NCBI GenBank assembly: GCA_041827905.1
Contig: JBHALY010000246.1
Location: 1 to 43,713, forward strand
DNA length: 43,713 bases
From: Neisseria dentiae
Lineage (GTDB): Bacteria; Pseudomonadota; Gammaproteobacteria; Burkholderiales; Neisseriaceae
Direction of reading: 5' to 3'
Shown one piece after another: positions 17,577-27,568 of this stretch. The notes under the pieces were generated by a model. That model ran no database searches. It saw only the letters and a program-made list of their open reading frames with translations, and was not told where the DNA came from. Within the stretch, counting starts at the first letter, position 1, and every line of letters starts with the position of its first letter. The position numbers and the translations under genes are program-made.

Positions 17577-18613
17577 TTTTTGTCCTCATTTAATTCTCTT
17601 GACACACTACTTTTTGATATGCCAGTTAGCATTTCTATCTCGCGCACCGTAAATTGCAAATCATGCAATTGGTTAACTGTCAATGTTTTTCCTTTATGCA
17701 TGCTTCTTAAAAGACGCTTCAAATAATCATATGGATCATTAGAATCACTGAAAGCCAATGACGTCCTAATAAGATTTTTTAGGTCTCCTGGATTGGGGAC
17801 ACTTTTAGTACTTTTTATAATTTTCTTGAAAAGACGTATATCTTTTGCTGCATGCTTGAATTGTTTTAATAGATGATTAAGAATGACTTCCGCGACTTCA
17901 ACTCTGTCATCTTCTGAATACCTATCGAAATCAATGGTCGCATCAAAACGTCTGACTAAAGCTTTATCTAAATTTGAATACAAATTTGTAGTAGCAATAA
18001 TTAGAGCATCAGGATTCAAACTATCTAAGGCTTTTAGAAATGTCGAGGTAACACGCCCCATCTCTCGAATATCATTCTGATTAATTCGATCTAATGCAAT
18101 CGTATCTATCTCATCGAAGAGAATAATGTAGTTCTTTAAAAATGGCAGCTTGTTGATTTCACCAAAAACGTGTGTCAGATTTTTAGCAGTTTGCCCCAAT
18201 TTACTGTCTACCAAATGGCTAAAGTCTACCATTAGTAACTCTCTATTAAGCAATCTCGCAATCTGTTTTGCACTTTCTGTCTTACCTGTACCTGGGGAAC
18301 CAACAAATAAAAATTTATTAATCCCAATATTATGATTTACTGCGTTAATTATTCCTTTTAAATCGTTTGTAACGGTTGTGGGCAATGGTAGTGGAGCAGT
18401 ATCTAATTTTACAGATACAAGACTGTCACTATGGTCGCCATTTTGAGGAACAAATCTATCTGATTGAGATATTAATCCCATAATATATTGTGCGAGTTGC
18501 GAATCGCCTGCTTTATCGAAACTACGAGCAATTGTGATTGCTTGGTTTCTAAATTCAGCTTCTTTGTTCTCAAAGTGGTATTTAATTAAATCAAGTACAT
18601 CAGCTTTTTTCAT
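17573..18613 (-). CDS. ietA: AAA+ ATPase (IetA-like) with C-terminal HTH-like segment
   Basis: Walker A GSPGTGKT, Walker B LFDEID, IATTN, LDKALVRRFD; C-terminal TVREIEMLTGISKSSVSREL. Confidence 0.85.
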   Translation of the reverse strand: MKKADVLDLIKYHFENKEAEFRNQAITIARSFDKAGDSQLAQYIMGLISQSDRFVPQNGDHSDSLVSVKLDTAPLPLPTTVTNDLKGIINAVNHNIGINKFLFVGSPGTGKTESAKQIARLLNRELLMVDFSHLVDSKLGQTAKNLTHVFGEINKLPFLKNYIILFDEIDTIALDRINQNDIREMGRVTSTFLKALDSLNPDALIIATTNLYSNLDKALVRRFDATIDFDRYSEDDRVEVAEVILNHLLKQFKHAAKDIRLFKKIIKSTKSVPNPGDLKNLIRTSLAFSDSNDPYDYLKRLLRSMHKGKTLTVNQLHDLQFTVREIEMLTGISKSSVSRELNEDKK

Positions 18614-18635
18614 ACGATATTTCCTCTCTTAATGA

Positions 18636-18679
18636 ATTATACGACATATCTGGGACAAATTAAAGCCAACTAGGGACAA
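18636..18679 (-). promoter_or_regulatory. Probable promoter region of the ATPase-subtilase operon
   Basis: TATAAT at 18641-18636, AGAGG RBS, and TTGTCCC direct repeat (18652-18658, 18673-18679; 21-bp spacing). Confidence 0.5.
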
Positions 18680-18860
18680 TTTTTTAAAAATAACAACACT
18701 GATAAGAGTCATAAAAGCTAGACTTTGGTTAATTCAAAAAATCGCATTTTTACTAATATGACTGGCATATTAGTAAAATAAGACATATATTTAGTTAGCT
18801 TAGAATTGTTATTTCAATAAATTAGACGGCCCGTTTAGGCCGTCTGAAAAGTTTCCGCAG

Positions 18861-20903
18861 TTAAGCGGCTTCTTCCTCTTTATCCGCAGCAGCCACATCG
18901 ATATCTGATGTTTCTTTCAATATCCGAGTGATAACGGGCAGGCTGCCTTCACCCCAGTTTTTCGCCATTACCGGCACCAGTTCCGCCACATATTCGGGTT
19001 TGCTGCCCGGCGGCACCAGCGCACTTAGCAGGGCATGGGCGATTTCTTCCGCGTTGGCGGCATCCTGCCAACGGAAAGAAGCCATGTCTTCGGGAGAAAC
19101 GTATGCTGGCTTCAACGCTTGTGGTTGTGATTTCGATTGAGTAGTAACGACCAATTCGGGAATTTTAGGAATTGGCAAATTTGCACGTTTGCTCAAAATG
19201 GAATCTTTCCAATAGATGATTTTCTCCGCATAAATCGGGCGGGTACCGGTCATACTGATGACGCAGTCGCTGTCAGGCATGATCTTTAACTCGTCGGGAT
19301 TCATCACCGCACGCTTCTGGTCGCTCACGCTATTGCTGCTGCTACTGCTTTTGCCGCGCGAGCGTGAGGTGGATTTGGCCTTGTAGGTTTCGTAACCGAT
19401 CAGTTTGCTTAGCTCCTCGGCCTCATCTTGCTCGCGCGGAGAGAAGATCAGGCGGCAGGCAAAGTTTGAGAAAAAATTCTGTTTGCCCGTTTTGCCATAT
19501 ACACCCTCGACCTGCGACGGCGTTTGAAACACAATGGCCGGTCGGATGCCGTAACCGGCCAAGAAACCCACCCCTTGCTCAATCGCCTGAATGCGTCCCA
19601 AAGCGGTGAACTCGTCAAGCATCAACAAGCATTGGTATTTCAGTTCATGGTTATCCTGCGGCAATCCCTGCCTCACGTTGACGTCGGCCAGTTGGGAAAA
19701 GAACAAGTTCAGCAGCGTGCCGTAGACTTTGATTTCATCCGGCGAAATGCCCAAGTAAATCGTGGTCAGTTCGCGGCGGACGTTATCAAGATAAAAATCA
19801 TCGCCGCTGGTCGCTGCTTCTACTGCCGGATCCAAAAAAATCGCCAATGGTGCGGACATGGTGGACAGAATATCGCCGCCGGTTTTACTGTTACCGTTTG
19901 CAAAGCTCAATAACAAGGTTTGGCAGTTTCGGCTTAATTGGGATTCAGGATTAAGCGCACGTAACTCAAATTCCTCACGGATCCAATCTTGCAGGGTTTT
20001 GCCGTTGGCTGGAGCGGTCAGGCGTAACAGATTGGCAAGCGTTGTTCGGTTTTCAGGCAGGCTTAAATCACGCTCATCCTCCGTTTCAATCAAGTACAGC
20101 AGTAAGCCGGCGAACAATTTTTGCGCCTCTTGCTGGAAAAACTTCGTGCTGCCGCGATCCTCTGCGGGCAACGGGTAGAAGATGGCCGCTATAGACAAAG
20201 CATCTTTGTAAGTATGAATAGGGTTCCGGCGTACATAGGTAAACGGATTCCAGCGGTGGCTGACCAGCGGGGCGCTCTTATCCCGTTCGTGATACGGCAT
20301 GGTGCCGCTGGGGTTAAACAGAAAGACTTTTTGTCCGTGCGCCTCCCGAAATCCTGCGGTAATCAGGAAGTTTTCTTTTTTTACGTCGTTTACCACCATA
20401 CTATGCCGGAAATGCAGACAGTTAGGAATCACAAAGCCGACCCCCTTACCACCACGGGTTCGAGCCGCAAGATACACAAAACCGTTATCAGACCAGCGTA
20501 GATACTCCCCTTTGAATTTGCCAATCAACAGGTCAGGAGATTCATGGTCGTCGAACTCATTGCGTAACAAACCCGCTTTTGCGATTTCGGCACGATTAGC
20601 AAACCGTGCCGAGCCGTGCAACTCGCGCTTGGGTTTGGCAAATACCGCCACCAGCACAATCACCAATGCCAGCAGCGGCACCAGCCCGGCCATAACGGTC
20701 GCAGCCTTGAGCGGGAAAATCATGTTTTCCGGCAGTTGGTCTATATTCTGCCAGTATTTCCACAGCATCCCTACCGACGGTTCGGTTTTGAGACCGAGCC
20801 ATGTACGGTAAATCATGCTGCCGATGTACATCCCGCCCGCAGCCGCCAAGGCGGTAACCACGCCGGCGGCCGCAAGAGAGATACCGATTTTGCGTTTATC
20901 CAT
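18861..20903 (-). CDS. virD4: Type IV coupling protein VirD4/TraG
   Basis: Two N-terminal TM segments, LHGSARFA, Walker A ARTRGGKG, VVNDVKKE, LMLDEFTALG. Confidence 0.93.
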   Translation of the reverse strand: MDKRKIGISLAAAGVVTALAAAGGMYIGSMIYRTWLGLKTEPSVGMLWKYWQNIDQLPENMIFPLKAATVMAGLVPLLALVIVLVAVFAKPKRELHGSARFANRAEIAKAGLLRNEFDDHESPDLLIGKFKGEYLRWSDNGFVYLAARTRGGKGVGFVIPNCLHFRHSMVVNDVKKENFLITAGFREAHGQKVFLFNPSGTMPYHERDKSAPLVSHRWNPFTYVRRNPIHTYKDALSIAAIFYPLPAEDRGSTKFFQQEAQKLFAGLLLYLIETEDERDLSLPENRTTLANLLRLTAPANGKTLQDWIREEFELRALNPESQLSRNCQTLLLSFANGNSKTGGDILSTMSAPLAIFLDPAVEAATSGDDFYLDNVRRELTTIYLGISPDEIKVYGTLLNLFFSQLADVNVRQGLPQDNHELKYQCLLMLDEFTALGRIQAIEQGVGFLAGYGIRPAIVFQTPSQVEGVYGKTGKQNFFSNFACRLIFSPREQDEAEELSKLIGYETYKAKSTSRSRGKSSSSSNSVSDQKRAVMNPDELKIMPDSDCVISMTGTRPIYAEKIIYWKDSILSKRANLPIPKIPELVVTTQSKSQPQALKPAYVSPEDMASFRWQDAANAEEIAHALLSALVPPGSKPEYVAELVPVMAKNWGEGSLPVITRILKETSDIDVAAADKEEEAA

Positions 20904-20978
20904 TTCCACACTCCGAAAAAATACCCGCACAAGGGCGGGGTAGGGGATAGCTCGATTTTTTGCTTAATTCGGCCGGCC

Positions 20979-21374
20979 TTACATCATGCCGTAAATACCG
21001 CCGGACACGCTTTGTTCCGGTTCACTTTGTTTGCCAAAGCCGGCTGTACGGATAATCCGTATTTCGTTGCAGAGAACCTCTGTAACCGTTCGTGGTGTAC
21101 CGGCTTTGTCGGTGTAGGGGCGGGTGCGCTGTTTGCCATATACCAAGATGCAGTCTCCCTTCTTCATATATTTGCACACGGTCTCTGCATGATGGTTGTA
21201 CAACAACACAGGGAACCACTCCGTGTGTTCCTTTATCTCGCCGGTGGATTTGTCCGTCCACGTTTCGGTAACGGCCACGTTGATTTTTGCCGTGGACGTG
21301 CCGTCGGGCATATAACGGATTTCGGGATCGCGACCGAGATTGCCCATGATTTCAATTTTGTTGACGTACGGCAT
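20979..21374 (-). CDS. ssb: Single-stranded DNA-binding protein, tail-less paralog
   Basis: [18 protein letters not shown]...TEWF...KGDCILVYG OB fold; no acidic DIPF tail. Confidence 0.88.
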   Translation of the reverse strand: MPYVNKIEIMGNLGRDPEIRYMPDGTSTAKINVAVTETWTDKSTGEIKEHTEWFPVLLYNHHAETVCKYMKKGDCILVYGKQRTRPYTDKAGTPRTVTEVLCNEIRIIRTAGFGKQSEPEQSVSGGIYGMM

Positions 21375-21413
21375 GGTACTTCCTTCAAATAATCTTAATA
21401 GGGAAACGGCCGT

Positions 21414-22511
21414 TCATAGACGGCCGCTCATGGCATAGAACTTTTCCACGGGATCGAAATACAGCTCAGTCATCCGCGTTTTTTCAAAATAACAAATCAC
21501 GTCGATAGTGGCACGAACAGTATTCAATATATAGGAGTGATCCATATTTTGGCCTGCCGGAGATTCCATTGCCAATTGTGCAATACGATAGTGAACGGAG
21601 CGGGCATCATTAGCATGGACAGATGTCAGGCCGCCGGGGTGTCCTGTATTAAGCGCGGATAAGTAGTCCCATGCTTCATCACCGCGAAGCTCGGTCAGAA
21701 ATATACGGTCAGGCTTCAAACGCATACAGGCGGCCACAATCATTTTGGCCGAGATATGTTCTTTATAAAAAAGGTGTGCATGGTTGGGATGATTGGGGAG
21801 ACTTAATTCGTGCGTATCTTCAATAGTAATCAACCGTTCATTGGTCGGAATAAGGTCGGCAAGAGCTTTGGTAAATGTAGTTTTACCGGAACCCGTGCCG
21901 CCCACCATGCAGATATTCAGTTTTTTATCAATTGCTGTTTGAAAAAATTCGGTCAGGTTGCCGTTGGCCTTATGCTCGAGCATTTGGTATTGCCAGTCGG
22001 CCAGCTTTACATCATAGGGCAGCTTCATTTTGTCGCAGACATCACGCACATAACGGCTGTCTATTTCAATTTCCGAAGCCGAACGACGATCAGGTACGCC
22101 ATGCGCGGATACGTCGTTAAACGCATTCAGACGGCCGGTATTGATGTAGTCGTCCAGTCCGAAACGGCTGCTTGACGGTTTGCGAAATGCAAACACCATT
22201 GTTCCGTCTTCACACGAAGGCGGCATCATGATGTGTCCACGTTCACCGTCGGGAAGTGTAACGGAATGGATGGGCTGCTTATAATTCAAATCTTTTCCGT
22301 TAAACACGCAAAGCACATTGCCTAATTGCTTGAGGTTATCCAAAGTCAGAATATCGCTTTCATAGCGGGTAAAACCGCTGCTGTTTTCAGTAAACATTTC
22401 TCCGCTACGGTTAATCAGCACTTCGGTAATACCCGGTTGGTTCAGTTTTTCTGTGATGCCCAGTTTATCTAAGAGATTGCGGGCGGTAATATCATTGCTA
22501 AAATCACTCAT
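21414..22511 (-). CDS. virB11: VirB11 ATPase
   Basis: GGTGSGKTT, ITIEDTHEL, MRLKPDRIFLTELRG, NTGHPGGLTSVHA. Confidence 0.95.
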   Translation of the reverse strand: MSDFSNDITARNLLDKLGITEKLNQPGITEVLINRSGEMFTENSSGFTRYESDILTLDNLKQLGNVLCVFNGKDLNYKQPIHSVTLPDGERGHIMMPPSCEDGTMVFAFRKPSSSRFGLDDYINTGRLNAFNDVSAHGVPDRRSASEIEIDSRYVRDVCDKMKLPYDVKLADWQYQMLEHKANGNLTEFFQTAIDKKLNICMVGGTGSGKTTFTKALADLIPTNERLITIEDTHELSLPNHPNHAHLFYKEHISAKMIVAACMRLKPDRIFLTELRGDEAWDYLSALNTGHPGGLTSVHANDARSVHYRIAQLAMESPAGQNMDHSYILNTVRATIDVICYFEKTRMTELYFDPVEKFYAMSGRL

Positions 22512-22559
22512 ATTGTCCTACCAAAATAAAAACCGCCCCATATCGGGGCGGTTATCGGG

Positions 22560-23849
22560 TTAGTCGGTATTGACCAGTTCGTAAACACCGCTGAAATCCA
22601 CATCGCGAACGATATAAACCATAATGCGTTCGCCTTGATTCACATACCCTGTCGGCGGGATATTGATTGTGTTTTTCAAAACTTCGGTGGCAATATCCTG
22701 AGCCGATTCCGTAGTAGAATCAAAAGAAACGTTGGAAGAACCTTGGCTGCGGCGACCGTAAGCATTAATGGTTTCATCAATCATACTGATCATCACAGCA
22801 CCGCCGATGCGCTTCCAAAAGTGATTATTTACACGGGCGGGATGGCCGGAGCCGCCCAATGGGTCTGCGCCGAGACTGTCAATCTTGACCGATACGCCGT
22901 TGGGCGTTTCAATGGTAGTCCATGCGGCAAATACCCGAGCTTGCCCTTGTGTTAAGGCCGACTGTTGTTCACCGTGAATAACCGTTCCTTTTTCTACCAA
23001 CAATACTTTACCGTTGGCCGAATACACATCTTCCAACACCTGACACTTGGTAACGCCAGGATACGTTGTTACGATACGGGTAAGTAAACCGCACGGAATA
23101 CCGGTACCGCGCCCAAGCAAAAAGTCCAAACTGCCGCGCAGACGGGCGGTGGCCGAGGCAAATACGGTCGGATTTAAACGCACAGCCAATCCCTGCTGTT
23201 TACTGCCGGAAGATTTCTCCCCTTCCTCACCGCTGCCCAGCAATGAAGAAGTGTCAGACGAAACTGCATCTCCTGCGCCGTTGCCAGTATTGCCTATAAC
23301 ACCTTCAGCCACGCTTTCCGAATCATCGAAGGTTAGCGGGCTCGTCAGACGCAAATCAGGAGGGGGTTCCGACGCAGCCAAGGTCGTTATTGCAGAAGCG
23401 GTTTCAACCCCGGATGCGGCTTCCTGCTTCACTTCGGATGCTGCCACAGTTTCAACCACAGGTGCCGATGCAGATGCAAGAGTTTCCTTCTGCCTTTTCG
23501 TAAAATCAAGGCTGCTACCGCTGCCGGTGGTTTCCATCTGTTGTTGCTCGACTTTGGGCTTTTTACTAAACCAGCCGGAACCGTAACGCGCTACACCGGC
23601 TGAAATCAACCCCACAGCAAACAGGCCGAGAACCAGCATCGCCACTTTTGTCATTGTGGATACTTTGCGTACACTCAAATCCTGTGGAATGCCGCGTTCC
23701 GCTTCGGGCGCGCCGACACGCTCTTTTAAATCACCTTGGAAGCGGAAATCACCGTCCTGTGGTGAAGATAGGGAATGGTTTTCAGACGGCTCGATTGAAT
23801 TAAGTGTGTTGTCGTCAGCGTTTCTTACTTGTTTCGGATCCAAATTCAT
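22560..23849 (-). CDS. virB10: VirB10
   Basis: TM anchor, GTGIPCGL, DVYSANG.VLLVEKGT, GQARVF..W, NIPPTGYVNQG...RDVDFS. Confidence 0.95.
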   Translation of the reverse strand: MNLDPKQVRNADDNTLNSIEPSENHSLSSPQDGDFRFQGDLKERVGAPEAERGIPQDLSVRKVSTMTKVAMLVLGLFAVGLISAGVARYGSGWFSKKPKVEQQQMETTGSGSSLDFTKRQKETLASASAPVVETVAASEVKQEAASGVETASAITTLAASEPPPDLRLTSPLTFDDSESVAEGVIGNTGNGAGDAVSSDTSSLLGSGEEGEKSSGSKQQGLAVRLNPTVFASATARLRGSLDFLLGRGTGIPCGLLTRIVTTYPGVTKCQVLEDVYSANGKVLLVEKGTVIHGEQQSALTQGQARVFAAWTTIETPNGVSVKIDSLGADPLGGSGHPARVNNHFWKRIGGAVMISMIDETINAYGRRSQGSSNVSFDSTTESAQDIATEVLKNTINIPPTGYVNQGERIMVYIVRDVDFSGVYELVNTD

Positions 23850-24671
23850 TTACTTGCCCTCTTTTTTCATACGCACGGAACCTTGGACAGTTGTGCCGCG
23901 GTAATTAAAATTGCCTTTACTGTCAAAGCTGCGGTTTTCCACCCCCAATACTTTTTTACCCAAACGAAGGTGGTAACGTGCGGATGTTCCGTGTATCACC
24001 AACGTGTCTTTTTCCACATGGCTGTTTACGGTTGATTCCGTGCCGTCGACAGACACTTTGAACACCGTCGGCATTTCGCGTGCAGTATCAAATTTCAGAT
24101 AAGTAAAACGGCCGTTATCCCACATCATCGAAGGGGCGAGTGATTTTGAACCAAAGCCCCAATAATCCATATTACGGAAACCGTGGCTCTTGTCGGGGTG
24201 CAGATCATTCAGGGTGCGTGCCTCCATACGTTTACGGGCAGCCGCTTGCTGTTGTTTGTTGATTTCGTCGGGATAACGGAAGCGCAAAATATAGGTAGGA
24301 GGATGGTTTTTACCAGCCATCCGTAAATCAAATGCGTAAGTGCGTTTATTCGTAGAAATCAGCAGGTTGGTTTCAGGAGAAAGCGTTTGGGGTTTGAATA
24401 AAATATTGTTCCCCGACACAGTCAATTTCCATGCTCCCGTGTTGCCGGCAACAATTGCCTTGCTCTCCCCTGTCAGACGTTCGTCTGCGGCCAGCTGCAC
24501 CATAACGGCACGGCCTACTTTAGAACGGATCACTACCACGTTGTCGGGGTTGTAATTCACATACTGGATACGCTTGTCGTACACCGTTCCTTTCGGCACC
24601 ACCGCAGCCTGAACTGACAGCGACAAAAAAACGGCAGCAAGGCCGGTAATCAACAGAGTATTTTTCATCAT
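23850..24671 (-). CDS. virB9: VirB9
   Basis: Signal peptide, YDKRIQYVNYNP, TNLLISTNKRTY, WDNGRFTY, LRLG. Confidence 0.93.
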   Translation of the reverse strand: MMKNTLLITGLAAVFLSLSVQAAVVPKGTVYDKRIQYVNYNPDNVVVIRSKVGRAVMVQLAADERLTGESKAIVAGNTGAWKLTVSGNNILFKPQTLSPETNLLISTNKRTYAFDLRMAGKNHPPTYILRFRYPDEINKQQQAAARKRMEARTLNDLHPDKSHGFRNMDYWGFGSKSLAPSMMWDNGRFTYLKFDTAREMPTVFKVSVDGTESTVNSHVEKDTLVIHGTSARYHLRLGKKVLGVENRSFDSKGNFNYRGTTVQGSVRMKKEGK

Positions 24672-25405
24672 TGTGTATTCTCCACTTCCACCTGATAAGA
24701 ATCGACAAAAAAACCTAATCGGTTCTTAGCCCGATCCTCTTCCTTGATCGGGGGATTGCCATAATGAAATGCAATGCTGGCAATCATATGTTGGGTAACC
24801 GGCTGTTCGGTTGATGCGGGATTAACCGGCAGTTTGGTTTTACTGAAACGAACCTGTGCAGTATCGCCGACAAAAGAAACCGACTGTATATCCACTTTTA
24901 CCCGGTATTTATCGCCCAATACCTTGTCAGGGCCGATACCGTCTGAAAAAGGCTTGGAAAACCGAGCCTGCTCTTGCGGAGAACTCATGGCTATGGTGGT
25001 GTCGTAGGTCGTCTGTATCATGTACCAGTCGTAGCTTTCCCTACTCTTAACATAAAGCTCCAAGAGAAACTTGTTCATTTCTTTATTGTTGGAAAGGGTT
25101 TTATGATCCAATGTTGTAATTACATTGGTTTGACCGGTTTTGGTATCGACCATAACGATATATGGGTCCACGCGAACCAGCGGCTGCATTGCCGCTACGG
25201 CAAAAACTGCGGCAACCGTAACTAGCCCTGCGGCAGAGGCTACCGTCCAAGCGATTTTTTCGCGTTTTTTAATGTTTTCAATTTCAGATTTTTCAAATTC
25301 TTTGGCCGACTGGATAAACGCAATCGATTCTTTATAAGGGGTTTTGCTTTTTTCCACCGCAGGGGAGCTTGCGGTATTTTGGCGTTTTCTACGGAACAAT
25401 TTCAT
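24668..25405 (-). CDS. virB8: VirB8
   Basis: Single TM, PYIVMVDTKTG, YVKSRESY, AQVRF, NRLGFFVDSY. Confidence 0.93.
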   Translation of the reverse strand: MKLFRRKRQNTASSPAVEKSKTPYKESIAFIQSAKEFEKSEIENIKKREKIAWTVASAAGLVTVAAVFAVAAMQPLVRVDPYIVMVDTKTGQTNVITTLDHKTLSNNKEMNKFLLELYVKSRESYDWYMIQTTYDTTIAMSSPQEQARFSKPFSDGIGPDKVLGDKYRVKVDIQSVSFVGDTAQVRFSKTKLPVNPASTEQPVTQHMIASIAFHYGNPPIKEEDRAKNRLGFFVDSYQVEVENTQ

Positions 25406-25407
25406 AT

Positions 25408-25527
25408 TTACCGTCCTGTTTGGTAAGTGGGGTTAATCGGGAACGCCTTGCCGCCTGGTTTTTTTGGGGCATGAGAACAAGCTGTCAGCAAGACGGCGGA
25501 TAGCAGAATAAGGGAGAGGGTTTTCAT
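25408..25527 (-). CDS. virB7: VirB7-like small lipoprotein (absent from the ORF track)
   Basis: Hand translation MKTLSLILLSAVLLTACSHAPKKPGGKAFPINPTYQTGR*; lipobox LTAC, PIN motif, GGAG RBS, immediately before virB8. Confidence 0.85.
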   Translation of the reverse strand: MKTLSLILLSAVLLTACSHAPKKPGGKAFPINPTYQTGR

Positions 25528-25597
25528 AGCAGAATCTCCAAAAGAAAAATGCCTCCATAGGGAGGCATTTTTTATTTATTAATAAACAAAGAGAAAG

Positions 25598-26062
25598 TCA
25601 GAATACTTCGTGATGCACTTTGAATTTTTGCAGGTCATACCGAGCACCATCAGGAACAGCCCCTGGGGTATTAAATTCAAATCGCTCTTTTTCTTTCCCG
25701 GAGAGATGTATTTCGCCAAATAGTGAACTGGCTTTAAAACCATCTTTATCATAAATCGGAATAGATATGTACAACCTCACCAACTTATCGGTTTTGTTGT
25801 AGGCTTCTCCTGTTAAGCGAAGGCCTTTTCCATTCAAAGCCGGCCACGCTGATATTTTCATATTCTTCAGCGCATAAACAGATGTCTGCTTATCAGAAAT
25901 CGTTTTCCCTTCTGAGGGAGAAGAACCGGATAGGCTACTATTTATGCTGCCAAGCGTACTATTTACCTGAGCCAAACCCTCATTTAGGGAAGCACAACCA
26001 CTAACAATCGTAGCGGCCGCCAATAATACTGGGAATACAAATGCTTTTTTGCTTTTAGTCAT
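25598..26062 (-). CDS. Lipoprotein of unknown function (FxLYD-like beta domain)
   Basis: MTKSKK...VSGC lipobox; GEAYNKTDK...IPIYDKDG; GAGG RBS before 26062. Confidence 0.7.
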   Translation of the reverse strand: MTKSKKAFVFPVLLAAATIVSGCASLNEGLAQVNSTLGSINSSLSGSSPSEGKTISDKQTSVYALKNMKISAWPALNGKGLRLTGEAYNKTDKLVRLYISIPIYDKDGFKASSLFGEIHLSGKEKERFEFNTPGAVPDGARYDLQKFKVHHEVF

Positions 26063-26078
26063 ATAACCTCTCAATTTA

Positions 26079-26513
26079 TCAGTAATCCATATCATCTAAA
26101 AATATAAAATCATGCCAATGCAGGAATATAGAAACAAGGAAAACAATAAAACATGGGATGCTTCGGAAAAAAAGCTCAATGAAATAATCAGTAATTTGAT
26201 ATTCAGAGAAAGATTTGTCAAAGCCAACTATTTTCCATGTCCCATACACCCACAGAAAACTAAAAAATAATGCTATATAGCGGCGTAACCGCTTATTAAA
26301 AAGCACACCGTAAACAAAGAAGCAGAATAAAAATAAACCTGTTGCAATGAAAACTAAAGAATCCGAACCAATATACTTAGAAGTAAATTCACTTGTTGAA
26401 AGAAAGTAAGCCAATGTCGGCGGAACGATGAAAACTTCAAATGCCAACAGTCCGGAATTTCGGTCAACAACTTTGGCTTGTAATATTCCTTTTCTAATCT
26501 CGTTATGATCCAT
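26079..26513 (-). CDS. Small multi-pass membrane protein, unknown function
   Basis: About four hydrophobic segments; AAGGAG RBS; AT-rich. Confidence 0.7.
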   Translation of the reverse strand: MDHNEIRKGILQAKVVDRNSGLLAFEVFIVPPTLAYFLSTSEFTSKYIGSDSLVFIATGLFLFCFFVYGVLFNKRLRRYIALFFSFLWVYGTWKIVGFDKSFSEYQITDYFIELFFRSIPCFIVFLVSIFLHWHDFIFLDDMDY

Positions 26514-26531
26514 CTTTAGTCTCCTTACACC

Positions 26532-27503
26532 TTAGGTATTTTTAATATTTCCCCCGCTGCGATATTTTACCCACCGGTTTTTAGCGGTTTCTCCAACTTT
26601 TCCGGCTCCATACGACGCTTGGGAAACTCCTTTCCTAGCCATGTTGTAAATGGTACGCATAGAGCCTTGGATAGCACCGCCACCGGTAAGGGCTGAAGCT
26701 ATTTGCGGGGTGTACCAGCATACAACGATAAAAAGTATAGTTATAAGTAACAGCAAAATAGCTAACGAAGAAGCGGCGGCGAAATTATCGGCCCCCATGA
26801 TATCCACATAATCTTTAATAAAGGTAAGCATCATGGAACCGAGAACCGAAAACAGTACAATGGTAAACACATAATTTAAGCATTGTCCTACCCAGTTCAT
26901 GCTGTATTGGCGAGTGGCGGGAAACAGCCCGAAACCGATAAATAGTGGGCCGATCATCAAAACCATGGCCAAAGAAATTTTTGAAAGTATATAAAAAGCA
27001 AACCCGACAGTAAGCAAAATACCCATAAAAATTTCAATGCTGTAAATCACGATACTGTAATCTATACGGGTTCCTACATCCAAAATATTCAACCGGCTTC
27101 GTTGTAAAGCAAGTTCGTCTGTAACTGTGTTTACATCATCGACAATCTTATCCAAGGCCCCGCCGGAATATTCCATGCTTCCAAAGGCTTTTGCCAAATC
27201 ATCAGGTAGGACATAAATAATGTTGGCAAGTTCAGAATAGTGTGAGGCATTAAAAGCCAAGGTAATTAAAAAAGCCCACGTTATCATGCGTTTGATAAAA
27301 TCAACAAACATTTCATCAATACCACCGCCGCTCCAATATGAAACCATAATCATCAGCAGATAGATGCCGAACAATATTGAAAAAATGGGAGCGATATTAG
27401 AAATCAGATTACCGGCCGACTCAAACAAACTGGTTCCCATGTTAACAGTTACAAACTGTGTCATATCAACAAAAAATGTTGACTTTTCAGATACGTCTGA
27501 CAT
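26532..27503 (-). CDS. virB6: VirB6
   Basis: Polytopic membrane protein, GPLFIGFGLFPATRQY..NW, PQIASALTGG; ATG 27503. Confidence 0.92.
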   Translation of the reverse strand: MSDVSEKSTFFVDMTQFVTVNMGTSLFESAGNLISNIAPIFSILFGIYLLMIMVSYWSGGGIDEMFVDFIKRMITWAFLITLAFNASHYSELANIIYVLPDDLAKAFGSMEYSGGALDKIVDDVNTVTDELALQRSRLNILDVGTRIDYSIVIYSIEIFMGILLTVGFAFYILSKISLAMVLMIGPLFIGFGLFPATRQYSMNWVGQCLNYVFTIVLFSVLGSMMLTFIKDYVDIMGADNFAAASSLAILLLLITILFIVVCWYTPQIASALTGGGAIQGSMRTIYNMARKGVSQASYGAGKVGETAKNRWVKYRSGGNIKNT

Positions 27504-27568
27504 ATTAGTTTCCTGTAAAGAAACCCGTTGTTTGGAAAACAACGGGCTAAACCTAAAGTTCGCAAGGG

